A DNA stretch of 64,000 nucleotides from the human T2T-CHM13v2.0 reference genome, Homo sapiens. The position numbers were made by a program, and so were the translations under genes. Under the pieces are notes generated by a model, which ran no database searches, was not told the DNA's origin, and saw only the letters and a program-made list of their open reading frames with translations. Each line of letters begins with the position of its first letter. Position 1 is the first letter of the stretch. Shown one piece after another: positions 30,424 through 44,366 of this stretch. Location of the stretch: NCBI RefSeq assembly GCF_009914755.1, contig NC_060929.1. The stretch is one strand, 5' to 3'.

Positions 30424-31607
30424 GAAAGCAGACTTTATTTTTTATAAGGTGTTATAGTCCGCAAGGTAGCCATCCCACAGACTGGGAAGCACAGCCTCCA
30501 GCCAAGACCAGAGAGACGGGCACTTGGAAGGAAGAGAAGTTGGGGTAGGAGCTTTATGCCAACCCGGCTGGCTAAACATACATATTCAATAGGTTGCAGG
30601 AAGTGCTATGTATACTCATGAAGGTAGTCCTGACACGGGCGTATTGAAACAATATGTATATAACATATGACCCATGTTCACCTTGGGATGGAGACTGAAC
30701 ATTGAAATGTATTACAGCTAGGCCCTATATGTCAAAAGGTCTTTTTAGCAAATGATGGCACTTAAGTGCACAGCCTCTGTAAGCCAGCCGGGACCAGTCC
30801 ATGTTTGGTGGTCTTCCTATCAGGAGAAAGTTACAGAAATCAGTCTCTTATTCAATCACAGATACGATACAGCTGGTAGAACAGGGGATCAGTTAGTCAG
30901 TGTCTGCGAGCTGGATGAGCTGTAATTGTTTTAATCTTGCTTATCTTGAGTCCAGTTCTTGTTCAGCAGCTAGAGGAGGGGATAAAATCTCGTGGCAGTT
31001 AGAACATGTTCTTTTTTTTTTTCTGCGACAGCGTCTTGCCCTGTCACCCAGACTGGAGGGCAATGGCACAATCATGGCTCACTGCAGCCTTGACCTCCCT
31101 GGCTCAATTGATCCTCCTACCGCAGCCTCCTGAGTAGCTGGGACCACAGGCATGTGCCACCATGCATGGCTAATTTTTTTATTTTTTGTAGAGATGGGAT
31201 TTTGCCATGTTGCCCAGGCTGGTCTCGAACTCCTGACCTCACGTGATCCCTCCACCTTGACCTCCCAAATTGCTGGGAATACAGGCATGAGCCACCCACT
31301 GGGCCCACAGTTTATTCTTTAAGGCGTGTGTGACTTAACCCTTGCCTGGCATAGCCTTAGATCCTGTGTATAATATGGTATCTTATTGTAACAAAGAGTC
31401 TGTTCTGTCAATCTTATGGTCTCTATTTTAACCTGAACGCTGGTCAGTTGTGTTAAAACCATAAAAGAGAGGGGGAATAATGAGGCATGTCTGACCCCCT
31501 GCCTCGTCATGGCCAGGAACTGAGTTTTAAGGCTTTTCTAGAGTCCCCTTGGCCACAAGGGGTTTGTTCAGTCAGTGAGACACTTAGGATTTTCTTTTTA
31601 GTTTACA
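30424..31607 (-). mobile_element. ERV1 (MER4-group) solo LTR interrupted by AluJ
   Basis: Minus strand begins tgtaaactaaaaagaaaatcctaag...actgaacaaacccc...ggccaagggg; AATAAA near its far end (~30434). Confidence 0.7.
31011..31306 (-). mobile_element. AluJ element
   Basis: Diverged dimer, catggctcactgcagccttgacctccc. Confidence 0.9.
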
Positions 31608-32737
31608 AAAACATACCTAGTCTGATCCCTACCTTTTATACAAGAAGAATCAAAGCCCTGGAGAGGTGAAATAATATGTGGTCACAAAGCTGGTAGCTTC
31701 CCCAAGAGAGGCTAACTCTGAACCGGCTTCTGTCCCGAGCCAGAGTGTGCCCAAGGTCAACATGGCCTGCGACATTTCCACCTGCAGTCTGGAGGGCCTC
31801 CACCCAGATTCCTAAGGCCAGTGGACACCATCTGCTGAGGAAGAGTTATGGCCCCAGCTAAGGGCTGGATCCAGTACTAGGGGCACTTAGCCAAAGGAGA
31901 AAACAAATGTCACAGTTTATTGTGAGCAAATTTATCATCTTGTTACATGGGACCATGACTTCTTTGTCAGCCTGCCTCACATCCCTGCAACTGCAACTGA
32001 ATCTGATCCTCTTTCACTCCTGTTCTAATGAATGTCCCTGTGGCTTAGGGCCTCCAGAAAGGGTGAAATACTTTTTTCTCAAGGTGGCTGTATTTCATGT
32101 GCTGGTGACATTTCTCTCTTCCCTGAGACTGGTTCATCAATCATTTGGAGATGTTTTGTAACCAAAGGGCAAATGTATTTCTCAGAGGAGCAGCCTCCAC
32201 TCCAGCTCCCTAAGCCAAGGCCAGGTGATTAGGGAAGGGTTTGGGGAGCAGCCAGCCCCTGTCTTCCCAAACTAGCCATCTGGGAAGTGAGCATGCTCGC
32301 CTTTTGCTCCCTCTGGGGAATGGACGCACCGCAAGATGCCTGTGAGTCCTGCTCCTGGAACATTTGGGTTTTTGCCAGGCTACTGTCCCTCTGAGGGGGA
32401 GAAGGAAAGTTTTATAAGCTTCACATGCACTCTTTGCTTGGGGAATCCAGTTGAGCCTCCAGGTTGATTTATTTGATTAAGTATCCAAGACCTAGTGTTT
32501 TAGTTAGTTCCCCCTGTCCCCCACCCCAGGGCTATTGTCAAAGCTATCCTTTCATATTGAGAAATCAATTTTCCTCACTTTGCTGAAATGAATTCACATA
32601 GTGCTCATTTTGGAGAGGACTTCACCCTGCAGGAGACTTCTTGAATGATGCACCTCTTGACACTGCGCTCTCGGAGGGGCTTAGATTCGAAGGGGTAGTC
32701 TTGGCTCCTTTTATGGGCTCCTGGTGCTCTCAGGTTT

Positions 32738-33067
32738 CTTTTTTTTCTTTCTTTCTTTTTTTTTTTCCCGAGACAGAGTCTCGCTCTGCCGCCCAGGCTG
32801 GAGGGCAGAGGCGCGATCTCGGCTTACTGCAAGCTCCGTTTCCCGGGTTCATGCCATTCTCCTGCCTCAGCCTCCTGAGTAGCTGGGACTACAGGCGCCC
32901 ACCGCCATGCCCAGCTAATTTTTTCTTTTTTTCTTTTTTTTGTATTTTTAGTAGAGACGGGATTTCACCGTGTTGGCCACGATGGTCTCGATCTCCTAAC
33001 CTCGTGATCTGCCTGCCTCGGCCTTCCAAAGTGCTGGGATTACAGGCGTGAGCCACTGCGCCCGGCC
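32738..33067 (-). mobile_element. AluY element
   Basis: AluY-type positions, many CpGs retained, TSD ctcaggtttct. Confidence 0.93.
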
Positions 33068-33409
33068 CTCAGGTTTCTAAAGAAGGCAGTTCTACCAGAC
33101 AGCCTTTAAGCATCTCTTGTCATTGCATGGCAGATGGATCGCAGAGAACTGCCTGCATTTCTCGCAGTTGTAACATCTCTGATATATCTCAGCAGAAAGT
33201 CCCACAATAAGCAAATCTGACCAAGGAAATCTGACATTTGTAGCAAGAGCAGTACTGCAATGCCGCACGTCTGTAGAAAAGTCTGGAAAGACGGATGAGC
33301 AGTTGAAATGAGGGCAGGAGAAGCAGGGACATTGAGAAGGGAGCAGTGCAGCATGAAGGGAGGCAGCACTGAAGGGAGGGCGGGTAAGAGCCTCAGGCTT
33401 CCCAACGGC

Positions 33410-33600
33410 CCAGGCTTGAATCCTGGTGCTTCTGCTTTCCAGCTGTGTCTCCATGAGCAAGTCTTGGTGACTTCATCTGAAAATAAAAACTACATCATGG
33501 AATTGTTAGAATTAAATTAGTTAATAGAAAACACAGTGTTAAATGAGTAACACCGAGCCTGGCACATAGTATGTGCTCAATAAATACTAGCTGTTGTTAT
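33410..33600 (+). mobile_element. MIR
   Basis: ttgaatcctggt...gagcctggcacatagtatgtgctcaataaata. Confidence 0.75.
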
Positions 33601-36600
33601 TTACCTCTCCTTGGGAAACCACAGTGGAACCCCTGGCTTTGTGTGGGGACCTGACCAGTGAGGTTTGGATTCTCCCTGTGATTTCCCCACAACTTGGGCC
33701 ACCATGTTTCCAGGGACCTGGGCAAGTGGAGTGGACTGCTTAACCTGCCATGAGACATGGGGTTCAGCTTCCTAAAAGCAAGGAGGCTGGAAGGCAGGTG
33801 ATTTGCTCAGGGCTGAAGTGCTCCTCAGTCTCCTGCCCTATTCATTCGCCATTTCAGAGGGGATTTTTCTGTTAATTAAAGAGAAGGGAGACCAATTACA
33901 TTCACCTCTGCTGCAAGGAGAGGAGACCCATCGGTGTCTTTGCAAGCCCAGCCTCATTCCAGCACCTTCCTCCCCAACCTCGTTAGACAGAAGACTGGGT
34001 CTCTTTTTCAGTCTCTTCAAAAGGAGGATGAAGGACTCCCAGATAAAAACACAAATGGCAGGGATAATTAAATCTGGCAGTGTTTGAGGTAAAGCCCTGG
34101 CCTCTTTCTGTCCTTCTACCTCCACAGGCGCTCATTCCTGTCCTGTGCAGTCCTTGAGTAGAAAGAAATAACAAACACTCTTGGCTCTGCAGCGAGTTGC
34201 AGCCAACCATGTTTATGAACTGCAGGGAGAGTTCCCCAGCTAGAGCCTCAAGGGCTGTCCTATGGGCTGGTACAGCTGCCTAATAAAAGACCATTTTCAT
34301 AATCAGTGTTCAGTGAAAACGTGCCATTTTCATTTATAGAAACAGTGAAGCCACCTGCTTCATAAAGGCACCCTCCTCCTCTTCTTCCTCACCCCAGGGC
34401 TGAATCTTCCAGCTCCCTCCCTCAACCAGCTGTGTCTTGTCAAAGCTCCAACCTCCTCCCTGAGAAACAGAAATCTCTCTGACCATCCACCCCAGGTGCA
34501 TTGCTTTTCATACTCTAGAGTCTAGGATTAGGGGCTCACCCACAAAAATAGCTTCCATGGAATGGTCAGCCTAGCAGGAGCTGGGGGTTCTCCATCAAGT
34601 GAAGGTAAATCCACAATGAGTCTCCTTCTGAGCCCTGACTCCCTGATGCACTCCCTGCCGATTCCCACACAGCCCCGGCTGAGTCAAGCACTGACAACTG
34701 AGAGGGTGGAAGAGGAGAGAAGAAAAGGCTGCTGCAGAGACAGGAGCACAGGAACCCACAGTTGATAGAGAGCCTGGGAGCAAAGGAAAGGAAGGAAGCA
34801 AAACAAAAAGACGAATGCAGCAGGACCTCCATTAGCCAGCCAGCTTGGGGAATGGGTCATTATGGTTAATGGAAGTTTCTAGTTAACTGTGAATGAAGCC
34901 AAAATCTTTTTTGTCTTAACCCCTTAATTTAGAAAAGCTTTCCACAAAATGTGACTTCACTTTCTTATCTCTGTTACAGATGGGGACTATGAGATCTTAC
35001 GGCATCTCAAAGGGCAGAAGTCTGGACAGGAAGACCAGTTGCATAGTGGAGGGAAGTATCCTAACCTGGATTAAATATATGCTGAATTCCTCTGTTTATC
35101 CTAAAAGCTAAATCCCTGATATAAACTTGCTTTTTCATGTTTTTATGATTTAGCTTTATTTTAGGGATTTAACTTTATTTTAACCATGGGTTACTGAGAA
35201 TTTTTGTTAAAGTTTAATGGCATTGTGTACTCCTATTCACTCTTCAGAATCTCAGTTCAATATCACTTCCTCCATGAAGCCTTCCTGATTACTTTTTCCT
35301 TTCTTCCCTCAGGCCCTCCCAGTTATTTCCCTCTCTAAGGAGCATACTATGTTTAAATAATTTGTTAACATGAGCTACAGGGGGCAGGTGGTTGAGGGAG
35401 GGCTTTCTCTGTGAGTCTGCTTATTAAGAAGCTGAGCTCCCAGTCCTTGCCTTGTGATAATAATCAAGCCCCATTACTTGAGAGCTCGCAGAGGGCAGAA
35501 AACAAGGGCTGCTTCACTGTTATATGCACAGGCCATGGCCTGAAACAAGGAAGGGAAGGAGGGAGAAAACAACGGGAGGACAAATTCTATAAACAGGTCA
35601 GAGGAGAGGGAGAGACATTATTTATCAGCTTGGTGATTTCAACTTAATTCTGAGAAGACTTAATCCATGTCTGTTTCCCTCTGGTCTGTAAAACAAAATG
35701 CCTCCTACAATGTTTCTGAGTTGTTTCACAACTCAGGAAGACGATATTTCTCTTTGCCATAAGACAATACATTTCCTAAACGTACTGTAGTGGGTAAGGG
35801 TAGGGTGGGAGTTTAAAAAAGAAAATCAGTCAGCAGCTATGAAGAGCCAAAAGGACACAGTGTCAGATCTGTGGAAATTGAACCTAAGGATAGATCTGAG
35901 ACCAACAAGAGTTAAATGGTCAACTCCACTCAACATTTGCTGAGTCTCTATTCTGTGGGCCCTAATAGAAAGTCACCAAAACAGTTCTTGAGGGGTCAGG
36001 ACCTATTGCTGAGAGTGGCAAGTCAGGAGTAAAGCAAAAAGAGGGCAGGACTGGCCTCATGTCCAGTTGCACAGCCCTGGTTGTGCCATGTCTCTGGGCT
36101 GGGAGACAGCTGCCTGGCCACTGGCCCTTGGGCCATTAAAAACACAGGGCCACAGAAGGAGCAGGCAGGGCTCATATCTGGGGGATTAGCTCCATCTGCC
36201 CTGAGTGCAGTGGAAACCGTGCATCCTTCCTCTTCCCTGGGCCTCATCCTGGTGCCTGCCCCCAGCAGTCCCTGGCAGCCTCATGTCCACCTGGCCATGA
36301 TGTCAGGTCTATTTAAGCCAGGGACCTGGTGATCCTTTCCACAGCCCACTGGGAAGGCCTATGTGTTGCTGAAAAACAAATAAACCAACAGCTCTCTGTC
36401 ACCATGGGTTCTACAGACCTGGGGATACACGGCAAAGGCCTGTCGTGGAGGTTGTAACTCTTTGTCCTTTAGGATTCCCAAGGTAGACCACGTGTGTGCC
36501 AGCCCAGCAGGCAAACTGCCCCGTATGAGTTTGTCCATCAACTGTGCGTGCAGATCTTTACTCGCATGCATGACACAGGAAGCCCACGGGACACTTCCCC

Positions 36601-37077
36601 AGCACGCCCCGCTTCCTCTGCACTCCTGGAAGGAAGACCTGTTCTTGCTTCTTCCGTACTCTCAGGATCTGGCACAGAACCCGACAAAGGGTAGGTTCAC
36701 AACAGATGTTTCCCAAATGAATATAATAATTCTATTTTCAGGACTCAGTGATGATGGGATGAAAGTCTGGCTCATGGTCCCTCTGCTTCTTTAAAGGGAT
36801 GGGCTCACCGCATCTCCTTAGGGACCCCATGAGCTCACCTGCTACTCAGCCGCCCATTCCTTATGCCAGCAAGTCAGAGCATGCAGGGTTCTGCCCCAGG
36901 TGGGCTTGGACTAATGTACTTCACTCTTCCCTCCCTCCTTCCAGCCAAGGTGACCAATTGTCTCAGGTTGCCAAGTCTGAGGGGTTTCCCAGGACACAGG
37001 ACATTCAATGCTAAAACCAGAGATGCCTCAGGCAAATGTGCACAAGTCGGTCATTTCATGCCTCTTTTCCTTTCTAG

Positions 37078-40000
37078 AAATATTTAATGAACTATGGCGT
37101 AGGCCTGGCCCTGAACGACACCCTGGGGACCCAGCAGCAGCAAGGTGCAGCTTCTGCCCTCAGCAACCTCACGGTCTAATGGACGCGGCACAGTGGGCAG
37201 GAAGTGACACCAAAGAGCATCAGGATTAGGAAGTCTGTTCGGATTAGCATGGAATCAGGTCAGGGAGACAAACATTTCCTTAATATTTGGAAATATTTCC
37301 TTAACATATGAGTGGGAGTTTACAACAGTTTTCACATTCTGGGAGTACCACCGTGTTCCTGAGGACTCAGGAGACTCAGCGGGCTAACAGTGTTGTGTGT
37401 GGAATGGGGTTGTTATACTCAGGAAAGTACAGACCCAGGCTGTCGGAATGTGTTGACTGTTTACTTGGGGAAGGAGAGCTAACTACAGAGCCAATCTCCT
37501 CTTGCTGGGGAGTGAAGAAATGTCAACTGCATTTCCACCCTGTCTCATCAGCTTTGTCCCTCCCTTCTCTACTCTATGTCTCCTCCCACATCCAAAACAT
37601 AAACATAAGTAAGGACCTCGGCCCAGTCGCAAGATCGTTTCAGTTCCTTTCTTCTCGCACCTCTGCCTTGATTTCCAACACGTCTATAATACAGAGCCTG
37701 TTGAAGCCAGGGCTGGGAGTCACCATTGCCTCTTGGCCTAGGATGTCAGAGTCCGAGTTCCACACCCCCACATGGGCAGCTCCGGGGAGCAAGCATAGAG
37801 TATTTAAGTCCCCCCTTCATGGCCGTTTCTCAGATAGCTGGGGGAAGGACCTTCAATAGTAGGAGGGAGTCTGCTCACAACCTGCTTCTTGGTTGATCAC
37901 ATGCTACTCTTGAAACGGAGATAATGTCTGGCCTCTCTGATTTTTCTGGCTTTAGAGTCTCCCTGCCCTGGGAATCATTGCTGGCCATGGCAGTTGCTGA
38001 GACTGGGAGCTAAAAGGTGCATCTGAGTTGGAGTCTTGTCATGTTCCTTCAGGTGTGTGTTGGACCAAGCTGCCTACCATGTGTACGCATACTGCCCACA
38101 CATGTGGTTAGCACCCTGGATGGTTCGATTCCATGTCAGCTTGGCTGTTGGTGGGAAGTGGATGAGTGGTCCATGGTGAGTTCACTCATTTCAAAATGGC
38201 AGCCTGTGTTTACTAATGGATCGAGGCCTCTTGGGTTTTTCTAATTGACTGAGGCCATTATTTCTCTCTAGCACTCAATTCCGGGGGTAACTAGAAGTGA
38301 TGACTTATAATCAAATTTAGGATTTTTATCTTTCATTTATTATTATTATATTCAAATTTAGAATTATTATCCTATTCGTTGCAGTTTCACTTTGTCTTAT
38401 ATCTGTCTTCTACACAGGCCTTAACAATATAGTTGTTTCTGACTGGTTCACTAGAGAAGCCTTGGTATGAGTCAAGGGTGGGATGTCTTCCTCAGCCTGT
38501 CATGGAAAGATTCCCATGAATCTTCTTCAGGAGGGCAGGTGGTCATGTTTCTGGCCCACCAGCTCTGATGGTTGCACTATCTAGGGCCCATTAAGCTGCC
38601 TTAGAAGAGCTTGGCACTGCAGGAGGTAGGGCCGAGTATCCTGTTTATTGAGGGCCAGAAAGCCCTTTCAGAGCCTATTCTTCTCATCTGCACACTTTCA
38701 GCAGACTCTCTGGAGCAGCCCAGCTTCCCAGAACTGAGATCACTAAACCAAGAAGAGGAGGCACCTTGGACCTGGGTAAAGGCTCCTTTCCAAGCTACTG
38801 CACAAAGAGGCCCAGGAGAAATCAAAAGATCATGGACTGTTTTTGCTATTGCATGTGTTCCACCTTCAGTATGGACTGTTGCCCTCCTTGCAGGTACTTC
38901 CCTTTAACTTTTCTTTTTGGCTAAGATCCTTTGCAATGTATTGTAGAACTTCTGCCTGCCAGATGTTTTCCCCTAAAGTCTACATCAATGTCAGTAGTCT
39001 ATTCTTATGGATTCAATAATTCATTACAATTCTGAACTGGATTTGCAGGATCACTCTATTATTATAAAGGAGAGAAAACCCTATACCAAAAGGGGCAATG
39101 CATGTAGCATTTTTTCTTTTTTTGAAACATGTTCTTTTATGATTGGAAGGACAATAAAAGAAAAGATTATGCTGAAATCATTAGGAAATAGGTTTAGTCA
39201 CTGAGGCTGAAATATAAAAGTATGGAATGAAAGCCCTCTACAACCCTGGTGGAGTCCTAAATAAAAACTAAAGCCCTTTCAATAAAAATAGCTTAAATTT
39301 GCACTGTGATGACATGTATAATGATGATATTGATGACAAAGACTAAGAAGAGGAAAATGTCAACTATAATGATGTGGTTTGAGTGCCTGACCAAGTGCCA
39401 TGCATGCATTGATTAGGTTACTGAAATCTTTATACCGGAATGCTCCACAGTTTTACAACAATTGGCATTTTAGCTTGACTGGTATCAGTTTGTTCAAGCT
39501 GGGTCAAGAAGGATTCTGGAGTCACATGCAGGGTCATCAGCAAACTATGCAATGATCAATTTTAGTGGTGTCAGATACAGCCAAGAAAGGAGGTGGAGAG
39601 CAAGTATGTCATGCACTTACCATCCATGCAGCTGAAACTATGGTTTGTTTGTGTCTCTTCTCATTCTGCAAGGGGTTGAGTCATCTCAGCTGTTGTATTT
39701 TGTATGGGGTTATTCATAAAAGCACTGTAGCGGGTTGGCTACCCTCTATTGCCTTCCTATCATACGCCAGGCACTCTGCTGCATTCTTTGACTGCATTAT
39801 CGCTAAACTTCAGAAGCGCTAGGACAGTGGCCTTTCTTGGAGTAACCTTGTGCCCCATCGCCCACCCTTCTTTCTGCTTCCTGTGGGTGCATAGTCAGTT
39901 TCTGTGACAGGGCTGATGTCATGATGATTTCAAGTGGTGAAATCAGAGAGTAGGTGTTGTCTTTGGGCCATTTCATGATTTGGCCCAAAGACAACACCTA

Positions 40001-40330
40001 CTCCCTGAATAATATCCATGAAAACTTAAGACAGTCACTCAAGTGAGTCATATTTTCCCTGTGGATATGACTTGCAGATGTCGAGATGGAACCTCACCAG
40101 GGCTTCCTTCTGAAATGAAACTTCCAGAAAGCAGCAGACAGACCACAGAACATCCTTCCTAGAAAAAGAAAAGCCGTCTGTAGACCAGCAACAGCTCTGA
40201 TCACATGACTGCAAGCAAGGTTTCCAAAGAAATCAAAATGATAGCTTGAAGAATGAGCATTGACAATTTCTTTGTAGAAAGATTCAAATTCACAATGTGA
40301 TCAATTAAAAGGAATCCTAGCTTACATTTT
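37078..40330 (+). ncRNA. Candidate spliced lncRNA/small-ORF transcript (exons 37078-37258, 38705-38893, 40078-~40330)
   Basis: Pyrimidine tract plus AG before each exon, donors CAG|GTCAGG and CAG|GTACTT, ATTAAA 40304-40309 with downstream T-rich tract; unique sequence. Confidence 0.4.
37249..40118 (+). CDS. Hypothetical spliced 79-aa microprotein (join 37249-37258, 38705-38893, 40078-40118)
   Basis: agcATGG Kozak context; frame stays open over two predicted junctions; no recognised homology. Confidence 0.2.
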
Positions 40331-40359
40331 TTTCTCAAAAAATATTCACAAATACTGTC

Positions 40360-40545
40360 TTATTTGATTCTCATGTTAACCTGTGGATATAGGCGGTGAA
40401 TATGAGCCGTGAAGACATTATTCTCCAATTTATAATTGAGAGAAGGGAGGGAGGGCATCAGTGACTTGCATCTCAGGGTACATGAGAGTGAGTGATTGAG
40501 ACAGACTCAGGTCTTTTGGTTACTCCTAGTACAGTGCTCTCTCCA
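40360..40545 (-). mobile_element. MIR fragment
   Basis: ttatttgattctcat...tccaatttataattgag...gtgacttgc. Confidence 0.55.
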
Positions 40546-40659
40546 CCTCATCCTGCCTTTACAAACTGGAGGCAGGTTAAGTAGCAATTCATTTATTTTT
40601 CTTTCAGAAAGAAACATAGCTTTAAAAGAATGAGGATCAAAAGTTGTATAAATAGATGA

Positions 40660-40957
40660 GGCTGGTGCAGTGGCTCATACCTGTAATCCCAGCATTTTGG
40701 GAGGCTGAGGCAGGTGGATCACCTGAGATCAGGAGTTCGAGACCAGCCTGGCCAACATGGCCAAACCCTATCTCTATTAAAAATACAAAAAAATTAGCTG
40801 GATATAATGGCAGACACCTGTAATCCCAGCTACTCGGTAGGCTGAGGCAGAGAGAATTACTTGAACCCAGGAAGTGGAGGTTGCAGTGAGCTGAGATGGC
40901 GCCACTGCACTCCAGCCTGGGCAACAGAGCAAGATTCTGTCTCAAAGAAAAAAAAAT
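40660..40957 (+). mobile_element. AluS element
   Basis: Full dimer; flanks ttgtataaatagatg/ttgtataaataaatg. Confidence 0.95.
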
Positions 40958-41449
40958 TGTATAAATAAATGTAAAAAATTCAAGTATTTTCATTCTATTT
41001 TATAATACAGTCAAGGTGTTTTTTCTTTTTTTTTAAAGGTAGAAAAACTGAGGGGCAGAGGTAAGTAGAGACAAAGGAACAGAAAAAGACATGCTGTAGT
41101 GCCATACAGGCCCAAGGCTCACAGGGAGTAACAGCCCCATAGTGTGGCTTTTTTAGGATACAAAAGTGTGGTCATGTTTTTACAACTGTACGCAGAAATA
41201 TGGGCAGTACTTCTGTGACCTGGTGACACTGAGGATAAAATTTGAGCCAGGAGCCAGAGGTCCCGTAGTACTGGCCTGAAACCAGGGAGATAATTCTTTG
41301 TGATGCTATAATGTTTTAACTTCTAGAATGAGCCTATTGCCCTGGCTTTAGTTCTTTCTTTATAATAAGGTGCAATAATGACTATGGAGAGCATAGAACA
41401 TGAAGAGCAAGGGAAAGCCTGCAGAAGGAAACCGGTCACAGCCCTCTAA

Positions 41450-41612
41450 CGGGTGCTCAGCCTCCCTGCCCATCAGAATCGCCAGGGAAGCTTTAAACAT
41501 GCAATTCCCAAGCCCACCCCAAACAATGGAGTCAGAATCCTGGGAGTGGGACCCAGGCATCAGTACTTAACGCTCCTGGGGTGCGTCTAGGATGCAGTCA
41601 AGGTTAAGTACC
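41450..41612. mobile_element. MER5A-like DNA transposon
   Basis: catcagaatcgccagggaagcttt...gagtcagaatcctgggagtgggacccaggcatcagta. Confidence 0.7.
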
Positions 41613-42015
41613 TTCTTTAAGAGATTTGTCCAAAAAGGCTGACTGAGGAAAGGAAGAAGCACTGAAATGGGAAAATTCGGACGTGAGATTGAGGGTAGCC
41701 AAACAAAACCTTCCCCTGGAAAACAGATTGAGGACAAAAGATGCAGGGACTCACGAGGACAGAACGCTGGGCACGCAGTGGTTGAAGATGGTCTCTCTTT
41801 GACTGACTTTCCATGGGTGAAGATAAAGGAGAGAATTGAGGGACTTCCCTGGAAAGTTTAGTGTAAGAACATCTTCTGCCTTTTTGTATTTAATTAATCT
41901 TTCTTCTAAATAAAACATTTTGAGGGCTGGGAAAAGGCGCTAAATCTGCCAATTTGTTTGGGTTTTGCCTTACTCTGCCTTACACAGCAGCGGTATGGGA
42001 GGAATACTCACCTGA

Positions 42016-42337
<322 letters not shown>

Positions 42338-42996
42338 TCTTCCTCTTAAAGAAGGAAAATGCTGTGGCTGTGAATAGGACACACGAGGAGACACACAAGG
42401 AAACCCACATCAGTCACCACAAAGGTGATGAGACACAAGACCAGAGGAAGTTGGCAGGAAGAGGATGAATGAGGGGTTGCGCTCTGAGACAACCTGGGAT
42501 AAGAATGATTAAAAAAAAAAATCACTTTCCTCATTCTGAGACTGCATTGGGATGAGGAATTGCTCCTTTCATGACTGATCTAAAAGAAGCAATGAGATTT
42601 CATTTGAGATGAGGTCTTGATGTCAATATCACCTCACTTGCCGTTGATACCCAAGCCCAGGAATCCTCAGCATCATTGCCCTCCCTGCGCTCCTTAGAGC
42701 CGAAGCTCCCTGCAGTGGGATACTTACTCAGCTTTGCATCCTTTAGGGCAAACAGTTCAGCACCTACTGAAGTGAAAACTAACCTGTAGTATTATAGAAA
42801 CTAAGTGAACGTGTTGGAATGAGTGATTAGATGCAGCTAGTGTTGCTGGTGACTTTATGAGCAAAACTCCCTGCCTCTCTCAGAAAAGCAGCTCCCACCT
42901 CCTGTTGCTGCAATGTCAGTGGCAACACCCTCTGCAAGGACAGGTTCAAGAAAGGCATTTTCAAACCCCTCCCAAGCTTGTTCAAAATGGCGCCAC

Positions 42997-43772
<776 letters not shown>

Positions 43773-44297
43773 GGGTCAGAGATAGGAGCATCCGTTGGAA
43801 AGATCCGTCTCCAGGGTCCCTCGGAGTAACTCATACCAACAGCAGACTGCTACACCTCTGAGGGGCTACTGTGTGCAGAGGCTGCACGTAGAAAGAAGGG
43901 TGGGCTTAATCAGCAGCACAGACTAGAGGAGTTCTTGAGGCGGCATTTAAAATGATAACCCTTGGAGAAACGGGGCAGAAGCGCTGAGAGCAGAAGGGGG
44001 TCATGTGGTCTGATCTCACCCAGACCCAGGGCCTGGGAGGCAGTTGAGGGATTAGAGTACCAGGTGTCACTGCTTCCCAGAAAACACAGCTTGAGACCCA
44101 GGGAGAAGAACTTCTGGTGCCAAAGTTCTTTCTGGAAGGTCTGCACTGCTCTGAAACTGGGTATCCATGTGGGCCTGAGGACCGGTCTTTTCTATTGGTG
44201 AGAAAGCTTCTGTTACCTCTGCAGCAATAAGTCCTGAGTAAGCTTCTGGAGACTGAAAACCCGGCGACTACTGAGCAATGCATCGGCATGCACACTT

Positions 44298-44366
44298 AGG
44301 AACCTTATTTGGAAGCTGACGTCTCCTTTGCTCAAAGTCTGGCTTCTTTCCCCCTAGCATATAAAA
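44298..44366 (+). promoter_or_regulatory. ETS core, CArG box, CRE-like site and TATA box cluster
   Basis: AGGAA 44298-44302, CCTTATTTGG 44303-44312, TGACGTCT 44317-44324, TATAAAA 44360-44366. Confidence 0.4.

Noticed and set aside
37308-37859. Longest ORF in the window (183 aa)
   Set aside because: No recognisable domain, Ser/Leu-rich random composition, and it lies in the predicted intron; one such ORF per 64 kb is plausible by chance
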